From: Sphingobacteriales bacterium | GTDB lineage: Bacteria > Bacteroidota > Bacteroidia > Chitinophagales > CAIOSU01 | NCBI GenBank assembly: GCA_027486795.1 | Contig: JAIXOI010000057.1 | Location: forward strand, 26,896-90,895 | DNA: 64,000 nucleotides | Direction of reading: 5' to 3' | Shown here: piece by piece, positions 49,670-59,188 of the stretch | Numbering within the stretch: position 1 is the stretch's first letter | Layout of the letters: each line of letters starts with the position of its first letter | Notes under the pieces: generated by a model | The model's input: the letters and a program-made list of their open reading frames with translations, nothing else | Databases searched by the model: none | What the model was told of the DNA's origin: nothing | Position numbers and translations under genes: made by a program

Positions 49670-51037
49670 CTAAAACAACCGCTCATACAACTCCTGCACC
49701 TTATTTACGGCTATCACTTCAATATTATACTTCCTTAGGTCGAGGCCTTTTACGCTGGCGCCACTTACAAATATTTTCTTGAAGCCTAGCTTGTCGGCTT
49801 CGCTAATGCGCTGATCGATGCGGTTTACGGCACGTATTTCGCCAGATAGGCCTACCTCGCCACTAAAGCAATAAGTGGGCGGCACCACTTGGTCTTCGAA
49901 AGAAGATAGTAAGGCGCAAACCACTGCCAAATCAATGGCTGGGTCTTCTACGCGCAGGCCACCCGCTATATTCAAAAACACGTCTTTGGTTCCAAATTGA
50001 AACCCAGAGCGTTTCTCTAGTACTGCCAATAGCATCTGCAATCGGCGCAAGTCAAACCCTGTGGCGCTGCGCTGGGGGCTACCATATACGGCGTGGGTTA
50101 CCAATGCTTGGGTCTCAATGAGCATGGGGCGCATGCCTTCAATAGTGCCAGCAATGGTTACACCGCTAAGCACTTCTTCGTGCTGGTTGAGGAGGAATTC
50201 GCTAGGGTTGCTTACTTCGCGCAGGCCACCATTGCCCATTTCGTATATGCCCAGTTCGCTGGTGCTACCAAAGCGGTTTTTGCTGGTGCGCAGTATGCGG
50301 TAGTTGTAATTGCGGTCGCCTTCAAATTGCAATACCGTATCTACTATGTGCTCCAATACCTTTGGGCCAGCTATGCTGCCTTCTTTGGTGATGTGTCCAA
50401 TGAGCATTACGGGTGTGGCGGTTTCTTTGGCGTAGCGTTGCATTTCGCTGGCGCACTCCCGTATTTGCGATACACTGCCGGGTGTAGACTCAATATACTG
50501 CGACTGCAAGGTTTGTATCGAATCAATAATCACCAAACCTGGCTTCAATTCCTTTAGGTGGCGGAAGATTTTGTATGTAGCCGTTTCGGTAAGAATGTAG
50601 CAGTTTTCTGCTTTCAATCCCAACCGCCTAGCGCGCATAGATATTTGCTCAGCACTTTCCTCGCCGCTTACGTACACCACTTTTAGTTTCGGCACACTCA
50701 GCGCCAACTGCAGCATCAGTGTTGATTTGCCGATGCCCGGGTCGCCGGCAATAAGCACCAGTGAGCCTGGCACAATGCCACCGCCCAATACGCGGTTCAG
50801 CTCTTGGTCGGGCATACTGATGCGGTAGGTCTGTTGCTCTTCAATATCCTCCAACAATTGCGGAACGGCCTCTGCCGAGCCAATGTCCTTTTTAAGCTGT
50901 GCCTTTGGTGTATCATCCTTCTCTAAAACTTCTTCTACAAAGGTGTTCCATTGCCCGCACGACGAGCAGCGGCCAATCCACTTGGGCGATTGTGCGCCAC
51001 AATTCTGGCAGCTATAGATGGTGCGTATTTTCGACAT
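49670..51037 (-). CDS. radA: DNA repair protein RadA/Sms
   Basis: Zinc finger CQNCGAQSPKWIGRCSSCGQWNT, Walker A GDPGIGKST, KNRFG motif and a Lon-like C-terminal domain. Confidence 0.93.
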   Translation of the reverse strand: MSKIRTIYSCQNCGAQSPKWIGRCSSCGQWNTFVEEVLEKDDTPKAQLKKDIGSAEAVPQLLEDIEEQQTYRISMPDQELNRVLGGGIVPGSLVLIAGDPGIGKSTLMLQLALSVPKLKVVYVSGEESAEQISMRARRLGLKAENCYILTETATYKIFRHLKELKPGLVIIDSIQTLQSQYIESTPGSVSQIRECASEMQRYAKETATPVMLIGHITKEGSIAGPKVLEHIVDTVLQFEGDRNYNYRILRTSKNRFGSTSELGIYEMGNGGLREVSNPSEFLLNQHEEVLSGVTIAGTIEGMRPMLIETQALVTHAVYGSPQRSATGFDLRRLQMLLAVLEKRSGFQFGTKDVFLNIAGGLRVEDPAIDLAVVCALLSSFEDQVVPPTYCFSGEVGLSGEIRAVNRIDQRISEADKLGFKKIFVSGASVKGLDLRKYNIEVIAVNKVQELYERLF

Positions 51038-51049
51038 GAAACAAATATA

Positions 51050-51084
51050 GTATCAAGTAGTGAGTATCAAGTATCAAGTACTAG
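51050..51084. repeat. Heptamer array GTATCAA GTAGTGA GTATCAA GTATCAA GTACTAG
   Basis: Period 7, starting 13 nt upstream of the radA start codon (51037, minus strand). Confidence 0.85.
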
Positions 51085-51102
51085 ACATGATGAAGATATT
51101 GC

Positions 51103-51270
51103 TTAAGCTTCTGCGTTGAGGCGGGTTCTCCAGTTTACGGTGCGTAGCTTATCGGTAATACGTTGCTTGGTGGCCTCTAAAAACAGAAAGCGCTCAATGT
51201 TCGCTATTTTATCGTTGGTAACTGCAGCAGGGGCTTGTGCTCTTTTACTGCGTTTGCGGTGCTTTATCAT
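51103..51270 (-). CDS. Possible small basic protein (55 aa, below the ORF-track cut-off)
   Basis: Hand translation of the minus strand gives MIKHRKRSKRAQAPAAVTNDKIANIERFLFLEATKQRITDKLRTVNWRTRLNAEA*. It has the same orientation as radA. It competes with a less protein-like 61-aa plus-strand ORF (51116-51301). Confidence 0.25.
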   Translation of the reverse strand: MIKHRKRSKRAQAPAAVTNDKIANIERFLFLEATKQRITDKLRTVNWRTRLNAEA

Positions 51271-51371
51271 AACCTTAGTAATTTTATTAGCACTAAGATA
51301 GTATTTTGCAAATTAAAATAGCAAATAAAAACTAAAAATAATTGCAATAAAATTTAGCTAAGGTTGGTAAA

Positions 51372-52385
51372 TTATTTCAAAAACCTTGTGCCATCAAGGT
51401 TTAGCCACTGCAGTGCGGCACCGCTTAGTAAAGTTAGTTTAGTATCATTGGGGTAAGGCATGGAGTGGATTAAATGCCCTGGCTGCAGCTCACCCAGCGG
51501 AAAAGGATAGTCGGTGCCTAAGCATACTTTATCGGCACCAATCAGGTTAACGATATAGTCGAGCATAGCAGGGTCGTGCACGAGGCTATCCAGCCAAAAC
51601 TTGCCTAAGTATTCTCGCGGGTTTATGGGATTATCAACGGCTACCAAATCGGGTCTAACGTTGAAGCCGTGCTCAATGCGGCCAATAGTTGCTGGGAACG
51701 AACCACCGCCATGCGCAAATGCCACCCGTAGGTTTGGCAAGCGCTCAAATATGCCCCCAAATATCATAGAGCAAATGGCCAGCGAGGTTTCGGCAGGCAT
51801 ACCCACGAGCCACGGCAACCAATATTTATCCATTTTACCTTTGCCCATCATATCCCAAGGGTGCACAAATATGGCGGCGCCTAAGCGGTTGGCAGCTTCA
51901 AAAAAGGGGAATAGCTCTGGGTCGTTCAGGTTCCAATCGTTAACATGCGAACCGATTTGCACGCCTGCCAAACCCAATTCGCCCATGCAGCGCTCCAGTT
52001 CTTGTATTGCTAATTGTGGGTCTTGCAACGGCACGGTGCCCAATGCAACATATCGGGTAGGGTAGCGGCGCGCCACATCGGCAATATGGTCGTTCAAGAA
52101 ACGGGATACTTCTAGCGCATCCTTGCCTTTTGCCCAATAATTGAATAGCACGGGTATGGTGCTGAGTACCTGCACGTGCACCCCTTGGTGGTCGCATTCG
52201 TGCATGCGCACCTCGGGGTCCCAGCAGTTACTTTCCACCTCCCTGAAAAACTTATCATCTACCATCATCCGCGCACAGCATGCCTTGTGATGGTCAAGGC
52301 TCACAAAGCCCCCATAGCCGAATTTATTAGCCCAATTGGGCATTTTTTCGGGCATAATGTGGGTGTGGATGTCGATGGTAAGCAT
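51372..52385 (-). CDS. 2-amino-3-carboxymuconate-6-semialdehyde decarboxylase (ACMSD, amidohydrolase_2 family)
   Basis: From MLTIDIHTHIMPEKMPNWANKFGYGGFVSLDHH through WLPWLVGMPAETSLAICSMIFGG, FAHGGGSFP and GTDYPFPLGE, it is collinear with animal ACMSD as I recall it. The start was trimmed to 52385. Confidence 0.82.
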   Translation of the reverse strand: MLTIDIHTHIMPEKMPNWANKFGYGGFVSLDHHKACCARMMVDDKFFREVESNCWDPEVRMHECDHQGVHVQVLSTIPVLFNYWAKGKDALEVSRFLNDHIADVARRYPTRYVALGTVPLQDPQLAIQELERCMGELGLAGVQIGSHVNDWNLNDPELFPFFEAANRLGAAIFVHPWDMMGKGKMDKYWLPWLVGMPAETSLAICSMIFGGIFERLPNLRVAFAHGGGSFPATIGRIEHGFNVRPDLVAVDNPINPREYLGKFWLDSLVHDPAMLDYIVNLIGADKVCLGTDYPFPLGELQPGHLIHSMPYPNDTKLTLLSGAALQWLNLDGTRFLK

Positions 52386-52425
52386 GGGCAAGTTGTTTAC
52401 ATAATGCTTTGCTAAGATAGCAAAC

Positions 52426-53031
52426 TCAACCTGAGCAAGCAGCATAAACCACCAGCCTGATACCAAAACCTATCATTACCACCCCGATGATGCGGTAAGC
52501 TACTGTTAAGTTTTGGGGCTGGATAAAGGCTTTGATGCGGTGCGCTAAAAGCACTTTGAGGCTATCGAGGGTGAAAATGCCCAGTAGGCAGCCAAGCAAG
52601 TATTGGTACATGCCACCACTATAGCCATATTTGTGGCCTGCATAACCTATTACGGTGAGCCATACTCCAAACACAAACGGGTTAACGAAGTTGACCAAAA
52701 AGCCGCTCACAAATGCGCCCGTTAAGCCACCAGCGCTGGGCTTAGCCTCGGTGTTGTACGAGGGGCTTACGATATACCTGCCGCCAATAGCAAACAGAAT
52801 GGTAGCTCCCACAATGCTCACGTAGGTTGTGTTCTCTACCTTTTGCAAAAAGGCTACCGTGCCCGCAACGCATAGTGCCACTGCAACTATATCGCTAACT
52901 ATAATGCCCAAGGCTACCATAAGGCCAGCGGTGCGGCCCTTTTGTAGGGTGTTTTGCAGTAATGTGAAAAACACCGGCCCCACAAAAACAATCATGGCCA
53001 AACCCCATAAATAGCCTTCTAAAAACGCCAT
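52426..53031 (-). CDS. LysE/RhtB-family amino acid exporter
   Basis: 201 aa with 5-6 TM segments and an N-terminus LWGLAMIVFVGPVFFTLLQNTLQKGR typical of the LysE family. Confidence 0.7.
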   Translation of the reverse strand: MAFLEGYLWGLAMIVFVGPVFFTLLQNTLQKGRTAGLMVALGIIVSDIVAVALCVAGTVAFLQKVENTTYVSIVGATILFAIGGRYIVSPSYNTEAKPSAGGLTGAFVSGFLVNFVNPFVFGVWLTVIGYAGHKYGYSGGMYQYLLGCLLGIFTLDSLKVLLAHRIKAFIQPQNLTVAYRIIGVVMIGFGIRLVVYAACSG

Positions 53032-53050
53032 GGGTGCAAAATAGAAATAT

Positions 53051-54112
53051 TCAATGAGTTATGGTAAATATGGCGGTAGCGGGGCGTTGAGTAGCCATGC
53101 CCGCTATTGTTTCTTTGTTGATTAGTTTTTGGGCATTGGGCTGTGCAAACACTTCCTGCATATTGCGTATGGCTCCTGCTGGCACTTGGGCTTCAAGTAA
53201 CGCAGCTAGAAGCTCGTCTCGTTGCCAAGTGGAGGCTGCTAGCTGTAGCTGGTTCAATAAACTTTCGCGGTTGGTTACCCGTTTGCTATTGGTACTATAC
53301 TTTTCATCGGTAGGCAAAATAGATAGCTTGAGCACGTTGCACAGGTTCTCGAATTGCGCATGGTTGCCCACCGCTAACACAATCTGCCCGCAATCGGCAC
53401 AAGTAAGGGTTTCGCCATAAGGGGCAATGTTGGGGTGCAAGCTGCCAAGGCGCTGCGGTATATGCCCAGCCATAAGCCAGTTGGTGGCTTGGTTGGCTAA
53501 AGATGCTATGGCCGCATCGTATAACGATACGGACACCATGGCTCCCAACCCCGTGCGCTCGCGTTGCAGCAGTGCCAGCAATATGCCTTCTTTTAGTTGA
53601 TGCGCCGCCATCAAATCAATCACTGCCACGGGCCATTTTATGGGTCCGCTTTCGGGTGTGCCGTTCATGTACATTAGCCCAGCTTCGGCTTGCAGCACTA
53701 CATCAAATGCTGTGCGGCTATCGTTTGGTCCAAAGCCAGTGATGTTGGCATATATGAGTTTCGGGTTGAGGGCTTTTAATGTTTCATAATCCAGTCCCAG
53801 TTTAACATCATCGGTGGCCTTAAAGTTAGTGAGCACTATATCGGCATTGGCTATTAGGTCTAGCACCGCTTTTTTGCCTGCTGTGGTTTTCAGGTCGATG
53901 GATTGGTACTCTTTACCATAATTAACCGAACTAAAATAGGCCGAAACCTCGCTTTGGGCATCTTCGGTGGGTAGTTTCCACTGGCGGGTTACGTCGCCGC
54001 CATCGGGGTTTTCAATCTTGATAACCTTGGCACCCAATTCAGCTAAAAACATACCCACGGCTGGCCCCGCCAATACGCTTGCTAGTTCTATTACGGTTAG
54101 GTGCTTGAGCAT
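53051..54112 (-). CDS. Family III CoA-transferase (CaiB/BaiF family)
   Basis: LTVIELASVLAGPAVGMFLAELGAKVIKIENPDGGDVTRQW, ITGFG...; 353 aa. Confidence 0.85.
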   Translation of the reverse strand: MLKHLTVIELASVLAGPAVGMFLAELGAKVIKIENPDGGDVTRQWKLPTEDAQSEVSAYFSSVNYGKEYQSIDLKTTAGKKAVLDLIANADIVLTNFKATDDVKLGLDYETLKALNPKLIYANITGFGPNDSRTAFDVVLQAEAGLMYMNGTPESGPIKWPVAVIDLMAAHQLKEGILLALLQRERTGLGAMVSVSLYDAAIASLANQATNWLMAGHIPQRLGSLHPNIAPYGETLTCADCGQIVLAVGNHAQFENLCNVLKLSILPTDEKYSTNSKRVTNRESLLNQLQLAASTWQRDELLAALLEAQVPAGAIRNMQEVFAQPNAQKLINKETIAGMATQRPATAIFTITH

Positions 54113-54125
54113 GGAGGGGTTTACA

Positions 54126-54146
54126 GGTTGAGGGTTACGAGTTGCG
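54126..54146. repeat. Heptamer array GGTTGAG GGTTACG AGTTGCG (inverted G[CT]AACNC family)
   Basis: GTTACGAGTTGCG (54134-54146) is the exact reverse complement of 10221-10233. The array lies 14 nt upstream of the CoA-transferase ATG and is followed by TTTTCAAATTT (54149-54159), an octamer-family word. Confidence 0.8.
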
Positions 54147-54218
54147 TGTTTTCAAATTTAAAGATTCATAACGAATACTAGTCACTATTCACTAACAACT
54201 ACTTACTTTGTAACAATC

Positions 54219-55103
54219 ATGATAATAACCCGCATAGCACCCACGCCCAGTGGTTACCTGCACCAAGGTAATGCCTTTAACTTTTTGCTCAACTGGCTAT
54301 TGGCCCGTTCGCAGGGAGGTAAGGTGCTATTGCGCATCGATGATTTGGATGCGCCACGTGCGAAACCCGAATTCATTAATGATGTGTTTGAGACATTAGA
54401 TTGGTTGGGTATCTATTGGGATATGGGGCCAACCGGGCCAGATGATTTGGCGGCTGCCTGGAGCCAAAGCCATCGCTTGCCTTTGTACCATGAATTGCTA
54501 GATATCTTAAAAGAACATGACCATCTGTTTGCTTGCGAATGCTCACGGAAGGATTTGGCCGATAGTAGTGGGGTATATCCTGGAACTTGCTTGCACAAAG
54601 GCATTGCCATGGATACGACCGATGTTGCTTGGCGTGTTAAGGTTGAAGCGGATGCCTTCATGCATTTTACGGATGGTTGGCAAGGAGCCATACAATACGC
54701 ATTAGGGCAGGAGATGGGCAGCTTTGTGGTGCGCCGCCGAGACGGAATACCTGCTTACCAAATAGCCTCATTGGCCGATGATGTGCATTTTGGCGTTAAC
54801 TCAATTGCCCGTGGCATGGATTTATTGCCATCAACGGCGGCGCAGCTATATTTGGCCAAGTTGTTGGGCAATAGCTCATTTGTTAAAACCCAGTTTTATC
54901 ACCACCCATTGGTATTGGACAATGCAGGGCAAAAGCTCTCCAAATCAGCAGGAAGTGTATCGCTCAACCATTGGCGCAGCGAGGGCTTACCCGCAAGTGT
55001 TTTGCTGGACAATTTTTGTAAGTGGGCAGGTATTGAGGTTGATGGGGAAGTGCAAAGTGCAAGAGAACTATTGTCTATCACACCTAAATCTTGGAAGTTC
55101 TAA
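54219..55103 (+). CDS. gluQ: tRNA glutamyl-Q(34) synthetase (GluQRS)
   Basis: IITRIAPTPSGYLHQGNAFNF (HIGH-like), a KLSKS motif, and a truncated GluRS catalytic domain of 294 aa. Confidence 0.82.
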   Translation: MIITRIAPTPSGYLHQGNAFNFLLNWLLARSQGGKVLLRIDDLDAPRAKPEFINDVFETLDWLGIYWDMGPTGPDDLAAAWSQSHRLPLYHELLDILKEHDHLFACECSRKDLADSSGVYPGTCLHKGIAMDTTDVAWRVKVEADAFMHFTDGWQGAIQYALGQEMGSFVVRRRDGIPAYQIASLADDVHFGVNSIARGMDLLPSTAAQLYLAKLLGNSSFVKTQFYHHPLVLDNAGQKLSKSAGSVSLNHWRSEGLPASVLLDNFCKWAGIEVDGEVQSARELLSITPKSWKF

Positions 55104-55108
55104 TATTC

Positions 55109-56641
55109 TTACCACCCCATTTTCACTACCCTCACCACTTGCTGGTTGCCACCTTGTTGAATCGTGAGCAAATAAACTCCTTCGGGCAAAGCATCTAGTC
55201 CGTTTATAGTATATCTGTTGCCGTTGTTCTCTGGCGCGGGTAAATTTACTTGCCGACCAGCAATATCTATTAAGCTAAATTGGGGCAAGTTGGTAAGCTT
55301 ACCGCTATGCTCAAATGAAATACTACTGGTAAAAGGGTTAGGCCCTATGCTCCAGTCATTTTTGGCATTTATGGCGTCAATTCCCACAGTACGGTTGTCA
55401 ACTACAATTACTGGTAGGGTTACCTCTTCGCAGCGGCCTTGTGGGCAGGCTGTGTTGCAAACGGTAAGGGTTACACTATATAAGCCGCCTTCGGTGTACC
55501 AGTGGCTAGGGCTTTGGTTTTGGGCATTGTTGGTGGTGCTGTTGGCATCGTCAAAATCCCAAGCAAAGGTATTTGCGTTGAATGATAGGCTGTAAAAATT
55601 TACCTCCACGCTATCGTCGCCATTATTTAGCGTAGCAGGTATTGGTAAGTAGCCAAAGATGGCAATTGGGTCGAAACAACGGATGGTATCCCTAAATTCG
55701 GCGCTTTGGTATATCTCGTCACCGTTTATCAACCAGGCAGTCACTTTTAATACAGGCACACCTTCATCTCTATCAAACCAGCTATATTCAATTACTGTAT
55801 CTGGCACAAACTGATTAGGGATAAAGTCGCCTAAGGTAATAGTGTTGCCAAACACAGTAACACTATCGCGGTTGTGTATTACCGAGCGGTGTTTCAATAC
55901 GCTATCATAAGTAGCATATGGTGTTATCAATGTTCCCCATCCATCAACATAGTTGCTGCGGGTTTGGGCATGCTTGTACGAAAAGGAGAAGTTGATGCCA
56001 GTACCTGGTATTGAATCTAATTTGATGGCGTAACTGCTCACCGAAGTAGTGCTATCGCCGAAGCGCAGCGGAAACCTGTAAATCCTATCGGGGTTGTCGT
56101 AGGCCACCACCAGCGGTACGTTCGATATCCGGGCACCAATGCCATTTTGGTATAGCCCGCTGTTGTCCTTTTCGTAAAGGTTATAAACTTGGGTAAGTGA
56201 GGTAATGCCCAGATTGATACTATCGTTGGTAAGCTCGGCCAAATTGAAGTTGGCGGCCCAACTGGTAAGGCAATTGGTGTTGCATTGGGCGTTGCACAAG
56301 CCAGTGCAAACAAAATCGATGCCACCCGTGCCTAGGCAATCGCTGTAGCAGGAGTTAAAGCAGTTGAATGCGCATGTTAACAAGTAAGAAGGCAGAAAGC
56401 CCGTAGCATTAGGCGTAGTGAAACTGCGGATGCGCTGCGAAAAAGGGTATAGGTTGTTGTGGTCCCATACTGCATTGGCTCCGGTAGGCCTAAAATCTTC
56501 GTTGCCAAGGTCGAAAATACTTACCTGACTCACTAAAAAGCTATCGCCTGTGCCCGCAAAATAGCTTGAGAAGTATGAGTTTTGCGCCGATGCCGTGAGC
56601 AGTATGAGCAAAGAGCAAACAACTAGTATAAAACGGGCCAT
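55109..56641 (-). CDS. T9SS C-terminal sorting domain protein with a PKD-like domain and a Cys-rich segment
   Basis: Signal peptide (MARFILVVCSLLILLTASAQ), Cys-rich CAFNCFNSCYSDCLGTGGIDFVCTGLCNAQCNTNC, a PKD-like stretch (FAWDFDD...GGLYSVTLTV), and a type A sorting domain tail (GPNPFTSS...GVYLLTIQQGGNQQVVRVVK). Confidence 0.7.
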   Translation of the reverse strand: MARFILVVCSLLILLTASAQNSYFSSYFAGTGDSFLVSQVSIFDLGNEDFRPTGANAVWDHNNLYPFSQRIRSFTTPNATGFLPSYLLTCAFNCFNSCYSDCLGTGGIDFVCTGLCNAQCNTNCLTSWAANFNLAELTNDSINLGITSLTQVYNLYEKDNSGLYQNGIGARISNVPLVVAYDNPDRIYRFPLRFGDSTTSVSSYAIKLDSIPGTGINFSFSYKHAQTRSNYVDGWGTLITPYATYDSVLKHRSVIHNRDSVTVFGNTITLGDFIPNQFVPDTVIEYSWFDRDEGVPVLKVTAWLINGDEIYQSAEFRDTIRCFDPIAIFGYLPIPATLNNGDDSVEVNFYSLSFNANTFAWDFDDANSTTNNAQNQSPSHWYTEGGLYSVTLTVCNTACPQGRCEEVTLPVIVVDNRTVGIDAINAKNDWSIGPNPFTSSISFEHSGKLTNLPQFSLIDIAGRQVNLPAPENNGNRYTINGLDALPEGVYLLTIQQGGNQQVVRVVKMGW

Positions 56642-56801
56642 AGTAAGTTGGTTAAAAACCCTCAAAAGATAGCAAAAATGGCTAACGGTAACTAATGCTA
56701 CGCTATTTACTTTAAATTACACCATTAAAATACCCATATCAAGTTGCCAATTGCTATTTTTATAACACGGCAGCAAATGCAGCGGTATTAGGGCAACAAA
56801 T

Positions 56802-58667
56802 ATGAACAGGCTCTTTATTAAATACTTGGTCTCTTTATTGGCCATATCTATTATTCCAGCTTTTCTGGGTGGTATGCTGCTGCTATCGTTTCTTAAGGTA
56901 AATATGAATGGCCTTAAGAGCGAGCTCAATACTCAAGTATCGCAGGTGCTTACTCGCGAAATATCTTATAAAGATGAGGCAATTGCCCAAACCGAGGGCA
57001 TGTATGTACAAGAGGAGATAGACCGCATAGGTAACAAAATAAGTGCTATGGCTATGGCTCCGGGCTTTGTTGACCTCGAGTTGTTGGACATTAGTGCGTT
57101 TGTAGAGAACTTTATTAGCAACGAGCCTGCTGTGCTCGAAATTGCTGTGGTAGATAAGTGGGGCGAAGTGGTTTTTGATAAAGTGAACTCCCTTTCGGTA
57201 ATGAGTGAAGAGTATAGCGACCTAGTTGACGAAGATTTGCTCAAAACCATCCAAGCCAAAGAGTCCTATTTATCTGATGTTAGCATCTCTAGCCGCTCAC
57301 AACTTCCTTATGTTACGTTGGGGCAGCCGATTATTCAGTTTGGCGGAAATTTTGCTGGTGGCATTATCTTAAACCTGAATCTTAGTTTTATTTGGGATAT
57401 AGCAGCTTCTAAGCAAGTGGGCGAGAGTGGCAAACTCTATATTATCTCTTCGGAGGGCCAATTGATTTCACACCCATCTACTCGCGAGTTGTACCAAAAC
57501 TCCGACTACTCTAAATACGAGTACATACGCGAGATTATGGCTACCAAAAACGGCACTATCCAAACCTCAACTAGTTTGGTATCATACTTTACCAATAAAT
57601 ATGGCTGGATAACCATTATCGAGATTCCCGTTGAGCAGGCGCTAGCAACCGTAAACGATAACCAGCTATTGGTTGAATCGTTTATATCTGATACAAACCG
57701 TTCCATGGGTTTTGTAGCCGTGGCCATTCTTGCATTTATTCTTATCCTTACCATTGTCATTTCTATTTATGTTACTCGTTGGCTTATTACTCCAATCGTA
57801 AACCTTACCGAAGCTACCCGAACCGTATCGAGCGGCAACTTAACCATGGTTATCTCAAAAAACTCTAGAGACGAAATTGGGGAGCTTACCGACTCGTTTA
57901 ATTTAATGACCGAACAGTTGCGCTTGAAACAAGAGGAACTACTGAAAAGCAACGCATATATTAAGTTGCAAGCCGAAGAGTTGTTGGATAGGTACAACTC
58001 CGATTTAGAGCAGTTTGCCTATGTTACTACCCATGATTTAATAGAGCCGCTGCGCATGATAACCAGCTATATTCAGCTTTTACAGCGCCGTTACCGGAAT
58101 ATATATGACGATGAGGCCAAAGAGTTTATGCGCTTTGTGGTAGAAGGGGTGGATAGGATGCATAACATTATAAACGATTTGTTTGAGTACTCGCACATAC
58201 GCACCGATGTGAAGGACTTTGAAAAGGTAGATGTAAACGAGGTACTGGCGGCCACCACCAAAAAGCTAAGCAAAGAAATTATTGATTCGGGGGCAACTAT
58301 AACCAGTATTGGCCTGCCCGAGTTGAGGGCCGTGCAGAGCAATTTGGTGCAGGTTTTCCAAAACTTGCTTGGCAATGCCATTAAATTCAGACAAAAGGAA
58401 GTGCCGTTGCAAATAAAAATAACCTGCGACGATCGCGAGCACGATTGGCTGTTTTCGGTTGAAGATAATGGCATGGGTTTCGATCCACAATACAAAGAAA
58501 AAGTGTTCGAGATTTTTAAACGCCTCAACAAACGCGACGATTATCCAGGCTCGGGCATGGGCTTGGCTATTAGCAAAAATATAGTTGAGCGTCATGGCGG
58601 CAAAATCTGGGTCGATTCGCGCTTGGGCATAGGTACCACCTTTTACTTTACCATCAAGAAGTATTAG
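56802..58667 (+). CDS. Sensor histidine kinase (two TM segments, periplasmic Cache-like domain, HAMP, HisKA, HATPase_c)
   Basis: HAMP (ITPIVNLTEATRTVSSGNL...EIGELTDSFNLM), H-box FAYVTTHDLIEPLRMI, N-box LLGNAIKF, G-boxes DNGMGF and GSGMGLAI. Confidence 0.85.
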   Translation: MNRLFIKYLVSLLAISIIPAFLGGMLLLSFLKVNMNGLKSELNTQVSQVLTREISYKDEAIAQTEGMYVQEEIDRIGNKISAMAMAPGFVDLELLDISAFVENFISNEPAVLEIAVVDKWGEVVFDKVNSLSVMSEEYSDLVDEDLLKTIQAKESYLSDVSISSRSQLPYVTLGQPIIQFGGNFAGGIILNLNLSFIWDIAASKQVGESGKLYIISSEGQLISHPSTRELYQNSDYSKYEYIREIMATKNGTIQTSTSLVSYFTNKYGWITIIEIPVEQALATVNDNQLLVESFISDTNRSMGFVAVAILAFILILTIVISIYVTRWLITPIVNLTEATRTVSSGNLTMVISKNSRDEIGELTDSFNLMTEQLRLKQEELLKSNAYIKLQAEELLDRYNSDLEQFAYVTTHDLIEPLRMITSYIQLLQRRYRNIYDDEAKEFMRFVVEGVDRMHNIINDLFEYSHIRTDVKDFEKVDVNEVLAATTKKLSKEIIDSGATITSIGLPELRAVQSNLVQVFQNLLGNAIKFRQKEVPLQIKITCDDREHDWLFSVEDNGMGFDPQYKEKVFEIFKRLNKRDDYPGSGMGLAISKNIVERHGGKIWVDSRLGIGTTFYFTIKKY

Positions 58668-59188
58668 TGTTCGCTGCCCGGTACAGGTCCGCCAGGGCCT
58701 CGGTTTTTGTATTCGCGCAGCACTTCTATCTTAAAATCGCGCTCGGCTTTTTGCAGTAGGGCAATTTTTTTCACGGGCAATATGGTACGCAGTTTCTGTA
58801 GGTTCTCAATCTCCAGATTCGATTCTTTTTGCTTTAGCCATATATGCTCATCCAGCATTTTGTTCATTTCTGCCTCGGTTAGCACATCAAACTTGGTGGC
58901 AAGCGTTTTTGCCAATTTCATTTGTGCGCGGTGCACTTCCATCTTTGCATCTTGGTAAGCATTATATACTGGCCAGAAAACTTGTGCTTCGGCAGTATTA
59001 AGGTTGAGCCTGTTTGTCAAGAAAGCCACTTTTAGGGCTTTAATTTTTTCTTCTGGTATTCTCTCGCCGTGGTGGTTTCCGCCACCAGGGTTGTCGTGGT
59101 GTGGCACTTGGGCCAAAGAGTAAGTGCCACTAACTACCATGAGTATAAACAAAATAGTGGTGTGCAACAGGATGTTTTTCATAACCAA
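58664..59188 (-). CDS. Periplasmic Spy/CpxP-like (LTxxQ-type) protein
   Basis: Signal peptide, a His/Gly-rich stretch, then LNLNTAEAQVFWPVYNAYQD and a helical remainder. Confidence 0.5.
   Translation of the reverse strand: MVMKNILLHTTILFILMVVSGTYSLAQVPHHDNPGGGNHHGERIPEEKIKALKVAFLTNRLNLNTAEAQVFWPVYNAYQDAKMEVHRAQMKLAKTLATKFDVLTEAEMNKMLDEHIWLKQKESNLEIENLQKLRTILPVKKIALLQKAERDFKIEVLREYKNRGPGGPVPGSEH

Noticed and set aside
51116-51301. 61-aa plus-strand ORF in the radA upstream gap
   Set aside because: Its composition (Leu/Arg/Cys-rich) looks non-protein-like, and it starts at TTG. The opposite-strand 55-aa frame is reported instead, at low confidence.
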